The notes: generated by a model not told the origin, from the letters alone. Shown: positions 38,901-53,900, numbered from the stretch's first letter. The stretch is DNA of 64,000 nucleotides from Phoronis australis (GCA_002633005.1 NMRA01000059.1:22697-86696); one strand, 5' to 3'. Program-made: numbers and translations.

Positions 38901-41900
38901 ACCCATCCACCCACCGTCAGCTGTTAGAGCAGTAGGTACAAGTTCATCCCGACCCCTCCACCCAGCATCAGTTGTCTGAGAACACTCACTGCTCACTCAC
39001 CCAGTTGTGCACAAGGAGCTTCACTCCAAAGTTACCGTGCAACTGCTGGGACTGAGCAAGGACAGAATGAACAGTTAGCATCAACTTACAGCCAGGAATT
39101 CCTTCAGTCTTTCCTCAATATCTACGGTGCCGTTACCATGGAGAGTAAATAAGGCCGCCGCCAGAGTATTGATGGCCTTGGCAAGACAGTGCGTGTTGTT
39201 TGCATGGCCTAAAGATGAAAAACTTTTACTCAGAATTCACTTGAACTGATTTAAGCATAACATTCCCCAGTATTATACAACAAAACAACAGTGTTACTTC
39301 TCAAACAATTCTAGATTGGTCCAGCCAAAGTGTTTTTGAGATTTGCATCATAGCATCATTGTGCTGGATCACTACAACATGAATAGTTGTTACCAGATCG
39401 ATGTGTTCTTGCACTATCAAGGGAAATACTTTAGAAGCACATTACATGGGAGTCAAATCAGTGAGACAGATACCAGGAAGCATTGTATGCCAGTGCTTGC
39501 TTAATAAGGTAGAAAATCATTTAACATTTTACAAGTTATTTTTAAACTTGTAACTCACTTAATGAACCACAGACTTGTGACAAGAAGTAGAACATACGCA
39601 TCATACCTCCTAAAGATGCCTTGTACACTGTGGCGTTGTTGGAGGCCAGTTTGGGAATGCTGACAGCGATGAAAACCATAAGAAGACAAGCAATGTTGTA
39701 GTCATCTTCCATCTCTGTAGGATTAATACAATTAGTTAATCTGTTAATAACGAATATGAAGTGTAAAGGCAATGTCCTTGTGAACGGCCTTAGAGAGATT
39801 ACCTTAACACAGAACAAAAACAGCTGTTAATGACCAATGCTGACCAACGGTCATTTACTCTGTATACATTTACTTTTCAAATAAAGAAGAAAAACGACAT
39901 CTTTTTAATAAGTATATTTCAGTCATAACGACATCTTTTTAATAAGTATATTTCAGTCAGCTGAGAAGAAAATCTTTATCTACCCTACAAGAATAACATG
40001 AGCTTCCCTTGGTTGTGTAAAACAATCAGAAATGCGTAGCAATGATGTGTTTATCATTAAACGCCAAAGGAATAAGCAGAGCAGCACATTGATACATCTT
40101 CACCTATCGACACACTCTCTACACTGACATATCCTCACCTATAGGCCTACTCTCTACATCGACATATCCTCACCTATAGGCCTACTGTCTACACCGACAT
40201 ATCCTCACCTATAGGCCTACTGTCTACACCGACATATCCTCACCTATAGGCCTACTGTCTACACCGACATATCCTCACCTATAGGCCTACTGTCTACACC
40301 GACATATCCTCACCTATAGGCCTACTGTCTACACCGACATATCCTCACCTATAGGCCTACTGTCTACACCGACATATCCTCACCTATAGGCCTACTGTCT
40401 ACACCGACATATCCTCACCTATAGGCCTACTCTCTAAACTGACACACCTTCATCACTCACACTCACCAAGCTCAAACACAAATGAAAAACTGTGGTGCAA
40501 TCACAAAAAGTAGTTACAATTATATTTTGTTGATTAAAAGTGCTCTCATCTTAAAACGGCATTTAACGTTACAAGCTGACAAGAATGGAAGAAACTGGTC
40601 CATACCTGTTTTTTGCTGTCTCAAGGCTGCACACAGAACTGGATCCACATTACAACGAAGTCCGGCTGCCGATGCCATGTCATTAACAATCTACGTAGGG
40701 GAAAAGAGAATTGATGAGAAGCATACTCATTACGCTCAAAACAGTCACAAGTGAAAAGTACATGGTGGGACATAAGGCAAGCCAACAAAAAAAAAATGTT
40801 AACATAAAGGTGAAGAGCTAAAGATTGTTATAAAGCAAAGTGCAGTTAACAGACATCTTGACAAAATGGTCATTCTGACGGCTAAAGGCATCAACAGAAT
40901 TAATCAAGAGCTATCTAGTATGGGGACATTATCAGGTGATATCAGTAATGACATTTAGTCTAGTATGGGGACAATATCAGGTGATATCAGCAATGACATT
41001 TAGTCTAGTATGGGGGCATTATCAGGTGATATCAGTAATGACATTTAGACTAGTATGGGGGCATTATCAGGTGATATCAGTAATGACATTAGAAATATGT
41101 CACAACAAGTACGATAAGTATGCCATTCAATGAGGTGAGGCAAAATTAGTTGAAGCACACAGCAGGTAAGTCATTACAAGTCACACAACACACCTGTAAA
41201 GATGTATGTAACAAGTCATAAAACTCACGTGTACAGGTGTATGTAACAAGTCACACAACACACGTGCACAGGTGTTTGTAACAAGTCACACAACACACGT
41301 GCACAGGTGTTTGTAACAAGTCACACAACACACGTGTAGAGGTGTACGTAACAAGTCATGAAATACATGTGTACAGGTGTATGTAACAAGTTATACAGCA
41401 CGCGTATACATGTGTTCATGTAACAAGTCACACAACACACATGTAAAGGTGTTTGTAACAAGTCATACATATTCATCAACAAGACAAAGCAATTCCTTGA
41501 TGACAATCAGATTGTCATTTCTTCTTCTTCTTCTTCTCATATATAACAAATGCTCGTGATATTGATCCTTATATTTATTTAAGGAGGTTCGACACACTTA
41601 ACCAAAAAATCGGTAAAAACCAGTTGCTTAATTGCATCGACTAACTTCTAAAACATTTGAATATTATTTCTTATTTTACATAATAGATTAAATATAAAAG
41701 CTATATTTCGCCCTCTTTCAGTGGCTGAAAAATGAATATTACATATGGCCTTCTATTCTAATAAAACCAATCTCATAATATTCCTTAACACGGTAGGGTT
41801 ATATTTCTGTAACCAACAAACGTCAACACCAATGCCTACATGCACCATTTTTGAATTCACACTTTTAGGGTGGTCGAACCCCAATAAACTTTGAAGCATT

Positions 41901-44900
41901 TTCTCGAGTTGCTGATTACCTGTGGATCCTTATCACAGTGAGGAATTTTACGAGTCTGATTTTGCGGAAGTATAAGGCATAATTTGACTTTCATTTCAAC
42001 TAGTTAAACACGGCAAAATTCAACATTAAAAAGATGTTCATTTTGCATTAAGTTTTTGTTATTACTGTCTTAAATAGTAGCATGTGACATCAAATTTCAA
42101 TGACACAATTTGTGGTAAAACGGCAAATTTTAGTTCATCAAAGAAGAAACTTATTGCACAATCCTTAACATCTACTGACATCACCTTTGCACTTATTGCA
42201 CAAGCCTTAACATCTACTGATATCACCTTAGCAATTATTGCACAATCCCAGCAACATAGCACAATCACCATTTTGTGAAATATGGCATGGCAATAATCAC
42301 TTTGAAGTTGGCGTACTTTTGAGGTCAAATTGCGCCTTCTTATGTAATGCTGGTTGAGCTAAATTAACCAAAAAATTGGTAAGCAGATGACCCGCTAATT
42401 TTTTTCTTATTTCATAAAAATATGAGGGGCAATCAAAAAGTAAAAACAAGAAAAAATCAAAGCTGAAACTATTTGAGTAGAAGCCAAAACCCTGAAATTT
42501 AAGGCACCACAAATCCAGAAAAAATGTTTACTTTCGCCTGAGTAAGAAAGACAGTGAGGCGGGAAATATAATTTTAGACTTTGAAACATTCAACTTGCAT
42601 TGTGCAACAAAAATCATTTTTTAAACGATTTCAATAATTACATTAATTAGAATCAGCTTTTCAGCAACCAATGTAAGCTTAACATTTTCGCCAGAGGGGG
42701 TCGCACTGTTTATGGAGCTGTAATGGATACAATAATTTGATGACCCTCACATAGTTATTTGGTGACCCTAAAGTATTCATTTGGTAACTCTCATATAGTT
42801 TTGCACATTTGTAGTACCTAAGCAAAGACCAAACAGTAAAATATCAAATTTTTAACAAAAATCAATTACAACCTAAAACTGTGTCGAACCCCTTAATCCC
42901 CTGTGTCATGGAAAAGGTCAAAGTTCATCAATTCATCCAATGAGGTGTGCACAGCAATATAATTATGTAGAACTTGCAAAATTATGTCATCAATATCATT
43001 CAAATTAATTCTCATCTATTGATGATGATGACCAAAATGTCAGCGAAGATTTATTGAGCATTTCTGACTCCTGAAAGCATGACCTAAAAACAAAGTAACA
43101 AAACACAACACAACCTGTGTCCGTATGGAGGTGAGCTAGTGTAGAATAACAATACAAGGAAATGAAGGCAAGAAAGAACAAGATGCAGACATTAGCCACA
43201 TACTAGGACTACCACAGTGTGTCATGTCATGATGTGTTGCCAAGTAGAAATTGTATCACAGAAATAAATGTTCTATCAATAAAATTTTCGTCTTGGAATC
43301 CTAACAGCCCTCAACTGGATTCACACTATTCTACTGGACTGTACAGTCTCAAATTCAACGAAGCAGTAAAGACAAACAAATAAATAAATACGTATACTCA
43401 GACTATGTGTATACTGTAACTATGTGTATACGGTGACCATATATATACTGTAACTATATGTATACTGTGACAATATGTATACTGTGACTATGTGTACACT
43501 GTGACTATGTGTACACTGTGACTATGTGTACACTGTGACAATGTGTACACTGTGACTATGTGTACACTGTGACTATGTGTACACTGTGACTATGTGTACA
43601 CTGTGACTATGTGTACACTGTGACTATGTGTACACTGTGACTATGTGTACACTGTGACTATGTGTACACTGTGACTATGTGTACACTGTGACTATCTGTA
43701 TACTGTGACTATATAACTCACCATTGAATCTTGACCATTGGGTACATAGTGTTGGAAGTCTTTGATAGAACTCAGCAGAAATGGAATACGTGATTCCAAC
43801 GTCTGAAAAGATTTGTGATGTAACAGTTTAACGAGATGATAGTGCTAATTATTTAATATAAGAAACCCTAATGATCAGCTGAACCCTTCATGACTTCATG
43901 TCATAGACCACTAAACACATCAAAGTGGCTCACAGTCTCCACACAATATTCCTCAGTTGCACTGTTGACATACAATCTGAACTTTACATTTATTTAAATT
44001 AATATCAGGTTCTAAACTTGATATAGCAAAGTAAGTGATAGCACTTAAAGAGGCTATCAGTCACTTGTTCCTTTTTCAATTTCAACTCATTTAATATTAA
44101 GATTAATATCAGGTTCTAAGCCTGGTATAGCAAAGTAAGTGATAGCAAAGTAAGTGATAGCAAAGTAAGTGATAGCACTTAAAAAAGCTATCAGTCACTT
44201 GTTGCTTTTTCAATTTCAACTCATTTTACCGTTGATCATTAATATGCAAGTCATGGAACATAACTAATTACACAACATGTGTTATTAGTGAAGTACTTAC
44301 TTTTACAACACATCTATAAATAAGGTGGCAAACAAACCAAGCATAAAAGGAACTGGTGATGGGTACGGGGACGGGTGACGATTACCCTTGTTGCCTTCAC
44401 ACGTCCTACAAGTGTTACTGTTCATAACCCAGCCCCTGTTGGGAATCAGTACTGTATACACTGAATAACCCTGGCCCTGCTCAGAATGAGTGCTATATAC
44501 AATCAATAACCCAGGTCTTGTTGGAAATGAGTGTTGTATACACTAAATAACCAAGGCCCTGTTGGAAATGAGAGTTGCATCACTAAATAGCCCAGGTCCT
44601 CTTGGAAATGAGAGTTGTTCCACTAAATAACCAAGGCCCTGTTGGAAATGAGTATTGTATACACTAAATAACCAAGGCCCTGTTGGGATTGAATACTGTA
44701 TAAACAGAATAAACCGGGCTCTGTTGGGAATCAGTGCTATATACCCCAAACTGGTTTTAATTGCATAAACAAATCTTTACTACTACCACTTGCACTACTA
44801 CTTGAGATGACTTACATCATGCAAGGCCTCCTGGGCCAGTCCTCTAAAAGACAGCAAAACCCCAATTATGGTCATTCGTTGCAACAAATTGTCCACATCT

Positions 44901-47900
44901 GAAACAATGGCAACAAATAATCACATATAGATTAATGGCTGACAAGACAGTTCCTCAATCAACAATAACAGTAGACAACAGGTCACCACAATGGCTTGTT
45001 AACAAAAACATAAAACATTTTTTATAAAATGGAACACAAAAAATCTCACTCTATTACACACTGAGAGAGACGTGACTTGGTTCTGACCAATCTTCACTTT
45101 TTTCTTTCATTTACGAGCAACTTAAGTGATTTTCATGTTGCCACAGCAACAATCAATAAGTCTGCACCTAACCCTAAATGTTTAGTTTCTAAATGATAAG
45201 TTAAGAACAGATAACACTTTGAGAGAACCTATAGCAGACACAGATTGATAATAACTAAACAAGAAAGATAAATTAAAGTAGACACAACAACGGCTATGCT
45301 TGAGTCACTTTCACACTGGGTCAGTCAGGACAACCACCCAAGGACTAATCACATGACCATGTGTTTACCCTGCTGAACCAAAGTATTGGGAGGGAGAGTG
45401 AACCAGCTGAAGCCAACAATAAAACAACAACTACAGTGCATTACAACAAGCTGTGCCACAAGACTGTGAATGTCACCTACGCCCTCTCATGTTTCATAAT
45501 GTCTAGAACTAAGATACTATAAAGTTGGGTTGACCATTATACATTTGTGGCCAATCTATGAAGAAATGCCACAAATATTAAGATACAAGTTGAAGAATGT
45601 AAAAAGAAATGTTGGAATCGTTTAGACATTTAAATGTGATATCTCTTAAGAGAATGTCACTCATTATTAGTTTCTTTTCTCAAAATTCAGAAAAGCAAAG
45701 TGAAGCAGACAAAGCAGGCCACACACTGAATTTCAAATTCTGTTTATTTCGTTTGCTGTACAGAATCGTAATTTAAACTGATAACTGCATAATGTTCACA
45801 CCATGGAGGAAAAGATTAGCTCAAAGTCACCATCCAAATACATGGTCATTCACAGTCTTATTGGAAAACAAAATGTTCACAACTTTAATTGCTTACTGTG
45901 TTCTAATCTTGGTTCTGAAAGTGTGCAAACAGAAATTTGTTGACAATAATCGCAAAATTTGAGATGAAAACTGGTGGAAAGTGATATACTGTTAGTTTTC
46001 ATAGCACTCGTCACCAAATGTACGATGTTCTGAGAATGATACAGCAACTCAAAAAATACCACATAACAAGTTGAACAGATGAAAAATTCACATGTACTGT
46101 AACTGTTTGACAACAGTACACTTATTCACCACATGTACTACTGTTTGACAAATGCACTTTGCCTTCAATGATCCAAACACTGGGTGGATTGAAACAGTAT
46201 TACATCAGCAAATAATAAAAGTTAATCTAAAACCCATCAGTGTGTCAGTACAAATGTCTCTCTCTTTTTTAGTTTCTACTCCAGAAGACACCAGTTTCCA
46301 CATCCAGGCACCAACCCAGTCCCTCGTTAAGCCCATCCACATCTCTAGTCCCACATTACAACTTGCAGGTCCAGTGTCTACCACTATGGACACACCCCAG
46401 CATGTCCAGCCTGATTAAAATACTGGTCAACAATCCAATTACATTATTTCTGGCAAATATTTATTGTATTTCTACGGTAAAATGATCCTAAACTAACTTC
46501 TCATGACGACTTCAATTGCAGAAGCCAAACATTAAACAACAAACACTTGACGTGTTTCAATGTGTCATATTGCAACTTAATACAGTTGGTATTTTATTGC
46601 TGTCAAATCATTGCTAATGTTGTAACTGCCCTGCTTCACACAAGAGGGCCTTAAAACAGGTGAGCCAGCCTTTCTAGTACAAATCTAATGACAAAGTGCA
46701 ATGTGCCATTAAAAGGATGAGTCTCTAATGTGCACTTGACAAAGGAAACTGAATAACATTATTGTCACCATGCTATGTCCAGCTCCAGATATAATCTCTT
46801 TGTTAGTAGTGCCTTTAATGAGACTGAGGTGATTAGGGTGCCTCAATGTTAGTAGTGTCTTTAATGAGACTGAGGTGATTAAGGTGCCTCAATGTTAGTA
46901 GTGTCTTTGATGAGACTGAGGTGATTAGGGTGTTTCAATGTTAGTAGTGTCTTTAATGAGACTGAGGTGATTAGGGTGCCTCAATGTTAGTAGTGTCTTT
47001 GATGAGACTGAGGTGATTGGGTGTCTCAATAATCAAAATGTTAGAGACAGACTTATGTGAAACTTATACTTACTTTGCAATCTTTTGGTCAGATCTCTCA
47101 TACGTTCAGGCTGGTTAAAACTGTAGCGAAGATCATGAAGGATTTCTTTGTTCATCAACACAAGTTTCTGAAAAAACATGTAACATGGCATGAATGTAAA
47201 GTAAAACAAGCACTCAGTTGCACAAAGTAATACGCTCAGGACAACTTCATCATCTTTCATCACATTCACATTGAAAATTCTCTTTGATGTTACATGGAGT
47301 ATACTGTTCTTTTTTACATAAATCATTCCTTTCTACGTTTCACAGTTCAAACAATGAAAGCCGGCGTTTACATAACAATGCCACACAGAATCATATGGTC
47401 ACTATCACACACAAAATTCTCACACAGGATTACATTAGTCACTATTACATATAACACTGTCACACAGTATTACATGGTAACTATCACATATTGGGACGTG
47501 TGAAAAGTGAAAGTGGAATGTCAAGTAACTTGATGTTGACTCTGTCTGGCATCATCACCCCACTGTCGTTTCAATAAAATACTAGCAACACCAAAAGACA
47601 AAAGGAGTGTTCATTTTTCAAACATTTCAAAGCACAGGATTGAGGTGGAAAAGAAATACGGTGGTGGACTTTAAAACTGAGCCTGCGGGGAGCAGCACTA
47701 GTTGTCGAAAAATTGCAATGTTGGAAGATATCGAGATGACTATTAAGAAAAGTGAAATCACTTCTAGGGGGCACTCCTGTAAGTAATGGGCACCACTCAT
47801 GCTCACCACATTGTAAACTAATTTGCCACAATTGTTTAAACAGTTTGACATAGAAAGGCAGGCACCACAAGTGAATACTGAACTAACAAAAATACCACTG

Positions 47901-50900
47901 GGGGCAGCACAAGTCAGAGTTGGTAAAAATGGGTAAGTGTTGCTCAAACGGGGTCAAAATATTAACTGCGAAATGTCATGAAAACCCTTCATCAAACTAA
48001 GCTGCCACTAGAGGGCGCCATGATTCTGTCGGTTCCTTTACCTTTTCCCTATTTACACATGAGGTATAGGTTACAATATCTCGAGTTCCTTCACTTGTAC
48101 CTTACACCCAAGATACAGGTGATAAGTGACGTCAGTCTACCTTGAGTTCCTTCACCTGTACTTTATTTACACCCAGGATACAGGTGATAAGTGACGTCAG
48201 CCTACCTTGAGTTCCTTCACCTGCCCAGCTACATGGTGCATCAACTGCTCACCCAAATACTTCATTCCGTATGGACCAATCAGCTCAGCAAGGGCGCGCA
48301 GTTCTGGGTACAGAAATGAAAACCATTCTTCAATTGATCATATGATCAGATAAAAATTATGAGATTGAAATCAACACTCATCAGCACTTACTATACCAGT
48401 GAAATGAAACAGCACAAAAGTTATGACACAATATATTTCCAAATGACACTGAGTGACGTGTTTATCAGACCTTCACTGATCTAATCGCCTAAATTTCAAG
48501 AAAACATCATTTGTTTTAGGCATGTTTTTTGACTTGCTTATGACTTTCCACAATCTTACAATGCAAATTAGGGCATGTTAGTTCTGACATACAAAGTAAT
48601 TTTTATGCTCTAAAATGTTTTCCATCTGTAGTAGAGCAATAATTATACAATGGTCATTACATATTACATAATCATTAAACAATCATTACATATTACATAA
48701 TCATTATACAAACCCATGATGTCTGCGTAGTCCTCAGCATTAAACGGCGCTCGTTCATCAGTAGCAGAACTAACAAATGCTTTCTGTAGTGGAGAGTAGA
48801 CAATCATGTGACCTGAACTGGCCTGTCGCAGAAGGACCTCAAGATACCATTTAGTGTAGTTGAACGTGATCGTCTTCTCACCGTTGAAACTGTCCGCAGG
48901 CTGAGTCTGCTGTGGCATGACGTTGTTGAAAACACGTGATATGTCGATGTGGACTGGAGAGAGACAGAAGGATCGGTGTTAATCATGATGACTGAGTTAC
49001 AAATGAGAGAACAACCATTTTAAACTTTTGTCCGTTACATCACATTAGAGAAACTCTTTCATACATCTCTTAACTGGAATTCTCATAATCCCACCCTTCT
49101 ACACAGTCCAGTTCCGGGGTACATTTTTAGTATCACTGGGCTGGCCACCTGCTACCTGTGTGTACTTTTGCAAAAACATAACATGTTCATAAACATCTAA
49201 CAATGTGCTACTCAGACACCAAACTGAAAGTCATTTCGACTAGTTATAAATCTTTAGCTCTCTGCATCATCCAAACTGAATATCCTTTAAACTGGTTATA
49301 AATCTTCAGCCCTCTGCATCATTCAAACTTGAATGTCCTTTAAACTGGTTATAAATCTTTAGCTCTCAGTATCATTCAACAGCTTAGATCCATCACAACA
49401 TGACAGTAATTCTTCAAATATGTTTGCTTAATGCCCATTCATGACCACATAATTAATAATGACCACAAAAACAATTCTCAGTCACTAGTTGGTAAATAGG
49501 TGTATTTTTCTTAAAGTAGCATTTTGTCCTATTCAGAAAGCTAAAAGTGCCCGGCTTTTAGTTTACTCTCATACAATTGGACTCAAAATATTCCTGACTG
49601 AGACACCACTTTTTTACAGTAAGAATATCAAAACTGTCACAAATTCAAGAAAACGCTTGAGAATGGTCAACCCTTAAATTACAAATTTGAAAATGGCGTA
49701 TGTACGGATTGTCTGCAATTTCAGTTGGTAATGCAAATGGAATCCTATCACAGGAAGGATCACGGTAAGGAGGATTTTATGAGAGTAAAAGACCTAATTG
49801 GATTATCGTGTTTATTCAGCTTACCAGGGCAAAGTGCAGCTTTATGAATCATTATTTTTATAGAAGTATTATTTTTATAGAATTATTATTTTTATAGAAT
49901 TATTATTGTAATAGAATCATTATTTCAAAGAATAATTATTTTCTAGGTCTGACGATGCAAACGATACTAATTAAGTTGTCACTGTACACATGTATCTTAC
50001 TGTAATTTTCCAAAGTTTGAAGAACGCTCATCATGGCCTTGACATTGTGCAACAGCTCGGTTGGTTTAGCGATCCCTTGAGTGTCAGGGTTGTATGATGT
50101 CATTCCGACCAGGGACCTGTAGACGTAACAGCATAACAGTGACAATAAACAGATGGGGCAGACATTAAACAGTTAACAGACGACTGATAGATATGACAAT
50201 TGTTTCATAAAGGGGGGGTCAGAGAACAGGCACGTTTTCTCAGCCTCCATTTAAAACCAGACATATACACAGGTTCAGAGTGGAGCTAGACTTTTGTGTT
50301 CAGGATGCAAAAACCAAAAAAACAGAGCTTTGTGAAGCATACGTATAAGCCAGAGCAACCATACTGTGCCTTTTGCTAACCTGAATAGCAAAACTAACAC
50401 GAGCAATGCAGAGCAATGAAACGCTTCCACACAACCGCACCACAAATGGTGTGCGTCTAAGGGTGTATATTTCTAGCATAAAAATGGCCATTACATGGCA
50501 TAGAATACATTGAACCCATCCAAAAATGGGAAAGTGTCGTCGTCTCTCAAAATTATTTGCCAAATTTCATGAAAATTTGTCAAAAGAATTCCAAAGATAG
50601 AAATGCAATTTCAAAAACACCTTGAAAGGAGTTTAGGAGATACAGCCGTAGATGCAAAAATGTCACCAGGGGTCACCACAGTACTGGACCCATTGGAAAA
50701 TCTACATCAGTCATGTTCTTGTCAGTAGGACCACATCTGCCAATTTTCAAAATGATCCTCTGAGTAGTTTGGCAGATAGAGAAGCAGACGACAAAAAATA
50801 AACCAATAATATTAATCAAAATGGTAACTAGTTGGTGCAGAATACGTCAATCCATCACAAAAAAGAAAGGTGTTGCCGTCTTCAAAATAGGAATTTGTTT

Positions 50901-53900
50901 GCCCAATTACACGGTAATGCATCAAGGAACTGTGAAGTTACACAGGCAAACGTAAAAAATTTAATTGCCACTAAAATGGTCTAGGGTGTAGAAACGTATC
51001 TGTTCCAATTGTGACGTGCTAAATGTGGCCGCTCTGTGTTGTTTATCAAATATAATATCAAAAGTATTAAATATTGGTTCAAAATTCTGAAGTTGCATTT
51101 CGCCAGATATACAAAATGTAACATGATTGATTGTTTACTCTGGATTACAATGGAAAATGCTGACATAGTTGGGTGACTGCAGTTAAAATACTCTATGTAA
51201 CCTTATCTTCAGGATGCAAGGCTCAACTTGTGAAGTGACCTTGATNGCATGTATCTTACTGTAATACGCATGTATCTTACTGTAATACACATGTATCTTA
51301 CTGTAATACACATGTATCTTACTGTAATACACATGTATCTTACTGTAATACACATTTATCTTACTGTAATACACATGTATCTTACTGTAATTTTCCAAAG
51401 TTTGAAGAACGCTCATCATTGCCTTGACATTGTGCAACAGCTCGGTTGGTTTAGCGATCCCTTGAGAGTCAGGGTTGTATGATGTCATTCCGACCAGGGA
51501 CCTGTAGACGTAACAGCATAACAGTGACAATAAACAGATGGGGCAGACATTAAACAGTTAACAGACGACTGATAGATATGACAATCGTTTCATAAAGGGA
51601 GGGGGGTAAGAGAACAGGCACGTTTTCTCAGCCTCCATTTAAAACAAGACATATACACAGGCTCAGAGTGGAGCTAGACTTTTGTGTTCAGGATGCAAAA
51701 ACCAAAAAAACAGAGCTTTGTGAAGCATACGTATAAGCCAGAGTAGCCATACTGTGCCTTTTGCTAACCTGAATAGCAAAACTAACAAGAGCAATGCAGA
51801 GCAATGAAACGCTTCCACACAACCGCACCACAAATGGTGTGTGTCTAAGGGTGTATATTTCTAGCATAAAAATGGCCATTACATGGTACAGAATACATTG
51901 AACCCATCCAAAAATGGGAAAGTGTCGTCGTCTCTCAAAATTATTTGCCAAATTTCATGAAAATTTGTCAAAAGAATTCTAAAGATAGAAATGCAATTTC
52001 AAAAACACCTTGAAAGGAGTTTAGGGGATACAACCGCAGATGCAAAAATGTCACTAGGGGTCACCACAGTACTGGACCCATTGGAAAATCTACATCAGTC
52101 ATGTTCTTGTCAGTAGGAACACATCTGCCAATGTTCAAAATGATCCTCTGAGTAGTTTGGCAGATAGAGAAGCAGACGACAAAAAATAAACCAATATTAA
52201 TTAAAATGGTAACTAGTTGGTGCAGAATACGTTAATCCATCACAAAAAAGAAAGGTGTTGCCGTCTTCAAAATAGGAATTTGTTTGCCCACTTACACGGC
52301 AGTGCATCAAGAAACTGTGAAGTTACACAGGCAAACGTAAAAATAAAATTGCCACTAAAATGGTCTAGGGTGTAGAAATGTATCTGTTCCAATTGTGACG
52401 TGCTAAATGTGGCCGCTCTGTGTTGTTTATCAAATATAATATCAGAAGTATTAAATATTGGTTCAAAATTCTGAAGTTGCATTTCGCCAGATATACAAAA
52501 TGTAACATGATTGATTGTTTACTCTGGATTACAATGGAAAATGCTGACATAGTTGGGTGACTGCAGTTAAAATACTCTATGTAACCTTATCTTCAGGATG
52601 CAAGGCTCAACTTGTGAAGTGACCTTGATACATATTTCCGCAGCTATAGCCTGTTGTCTGTAGGTTTGGCACAGCATAGTTGAAAATAATTCAAAAATAA
52701 AATATTTTTCTGAATTTGAAATAGAACACAGGGGCACTTCTTACTTGAGCTCAGATAAAATTCGTGTTCTGCAGCTTACGGAAGGAAGTAGAGGTCATTG
52801 GCCAATCATTGACTTGATAGTCCTTAATTGGCCAATCATTGACTTGATAGTCCTAAACTGGCCAATTATTGACTTGATAGTCCTTAATTGGCCAATTATT
52901 GACTTGACAACCTATATTTGGCCAATCATTTACTTGACAGTCCTTAACTGGCCAATCATTGACTTGGCAACCTATAACTGGCCAATTCGCTACTTGTACA
53001 CTTTGGTGGGGCTGCAAAAACGATTGTTGTCCATTGCTGTTTAGGACATAGCGCCTCGTTTTAGCATCAATTTCAACAATGCAAACGTGAATGTATGCAG
53101 GTTACAAACATGCAGAACCACAGACTGTAGTTAGGACATGACGCCTCGTTTTCTAGTACAAATGGTGAATTCGTGAAAGAAGCGAATCCTTTACTAGATA
53201 AACTTTAACTGTCCAATCAGTGAGCATGACAAGGCCAACTTACTTGTTGAATCTCGCCTCCAGATGTTGTACAAAGAACTCTCGTGGTACAAAGCCATGA
53301 TGCCAGACATGTATAGTACTTTGGTAGTTCAGAGCATAACACAGCTCTGTCAATGCCATGTGCAGACGGTCTATCCTGTAAAACATAAATTACACCCAAC
53401 AATAAAATTGACTGAAAATAAACATTTCAAAAATTTGGAAATCAAAGTTCAGCTGTCAATATTTCTGTATTTATTTCATCCAATTGTATAGTGTTGCATG
53501 ACAACGATGGCTGGAGAACCATAAATATAGCGTGACAGTGTCAAACAGTTGTAGTTCGGGTTTTAATCAACACCTAGCCATACTTAACAGCCAGATGTTT
53601 AGATTCAAAAAAGGGAGTAAGTTAAGTGGTATTGTTTGAAAGAGGAATAAATGAACTTTCTCATGGTCTACAACTCTACAGTCACACGAAATTATCAAAC
53701 ATATCAACAAACACTAACTACCAAGCTTTTTGAGAGGTGATTTTGTGAGGTCAAAAAGTGGTTTCACTACCAGTGGTTTAATTCTCTATCTCGCAAGAAA
53801 AACCTTCTGGAAAAAACATCATCCAAATTCAAAATAAACAAATTAAAACTGTTGTGAACAATGTTTGTTGCAGCAATTTTACATGTTCAAATTGCGCAAA

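Larger units (their letters stand above)
49986..52629. repeat. ~1.26-kb direct duplication (49986-51245 vs 51370-52629) including an NCKAP1 exon
   Basis: Near-identical copies; the first ends exactly at a single N (51246). Confidence 0.85.

Noticed and set aside
39001-39051. Apparent in-frame 51-nt cassette exon in NCKAP1 (ttgctcag|TCC..TGG|gtgagt; [17 protein letters not shown])
   Set aside because: It would need a 38-nt upstream intron and would interrupt the conserved EFLA-LASS junction; probably chance unless RNA-seq shows it.
38540-41468. Regular repeat arrays resembling CRISPR
   Set aside because: Eukaryotic context, no unique spacers and no cas genes; these are simple tandem repeats.
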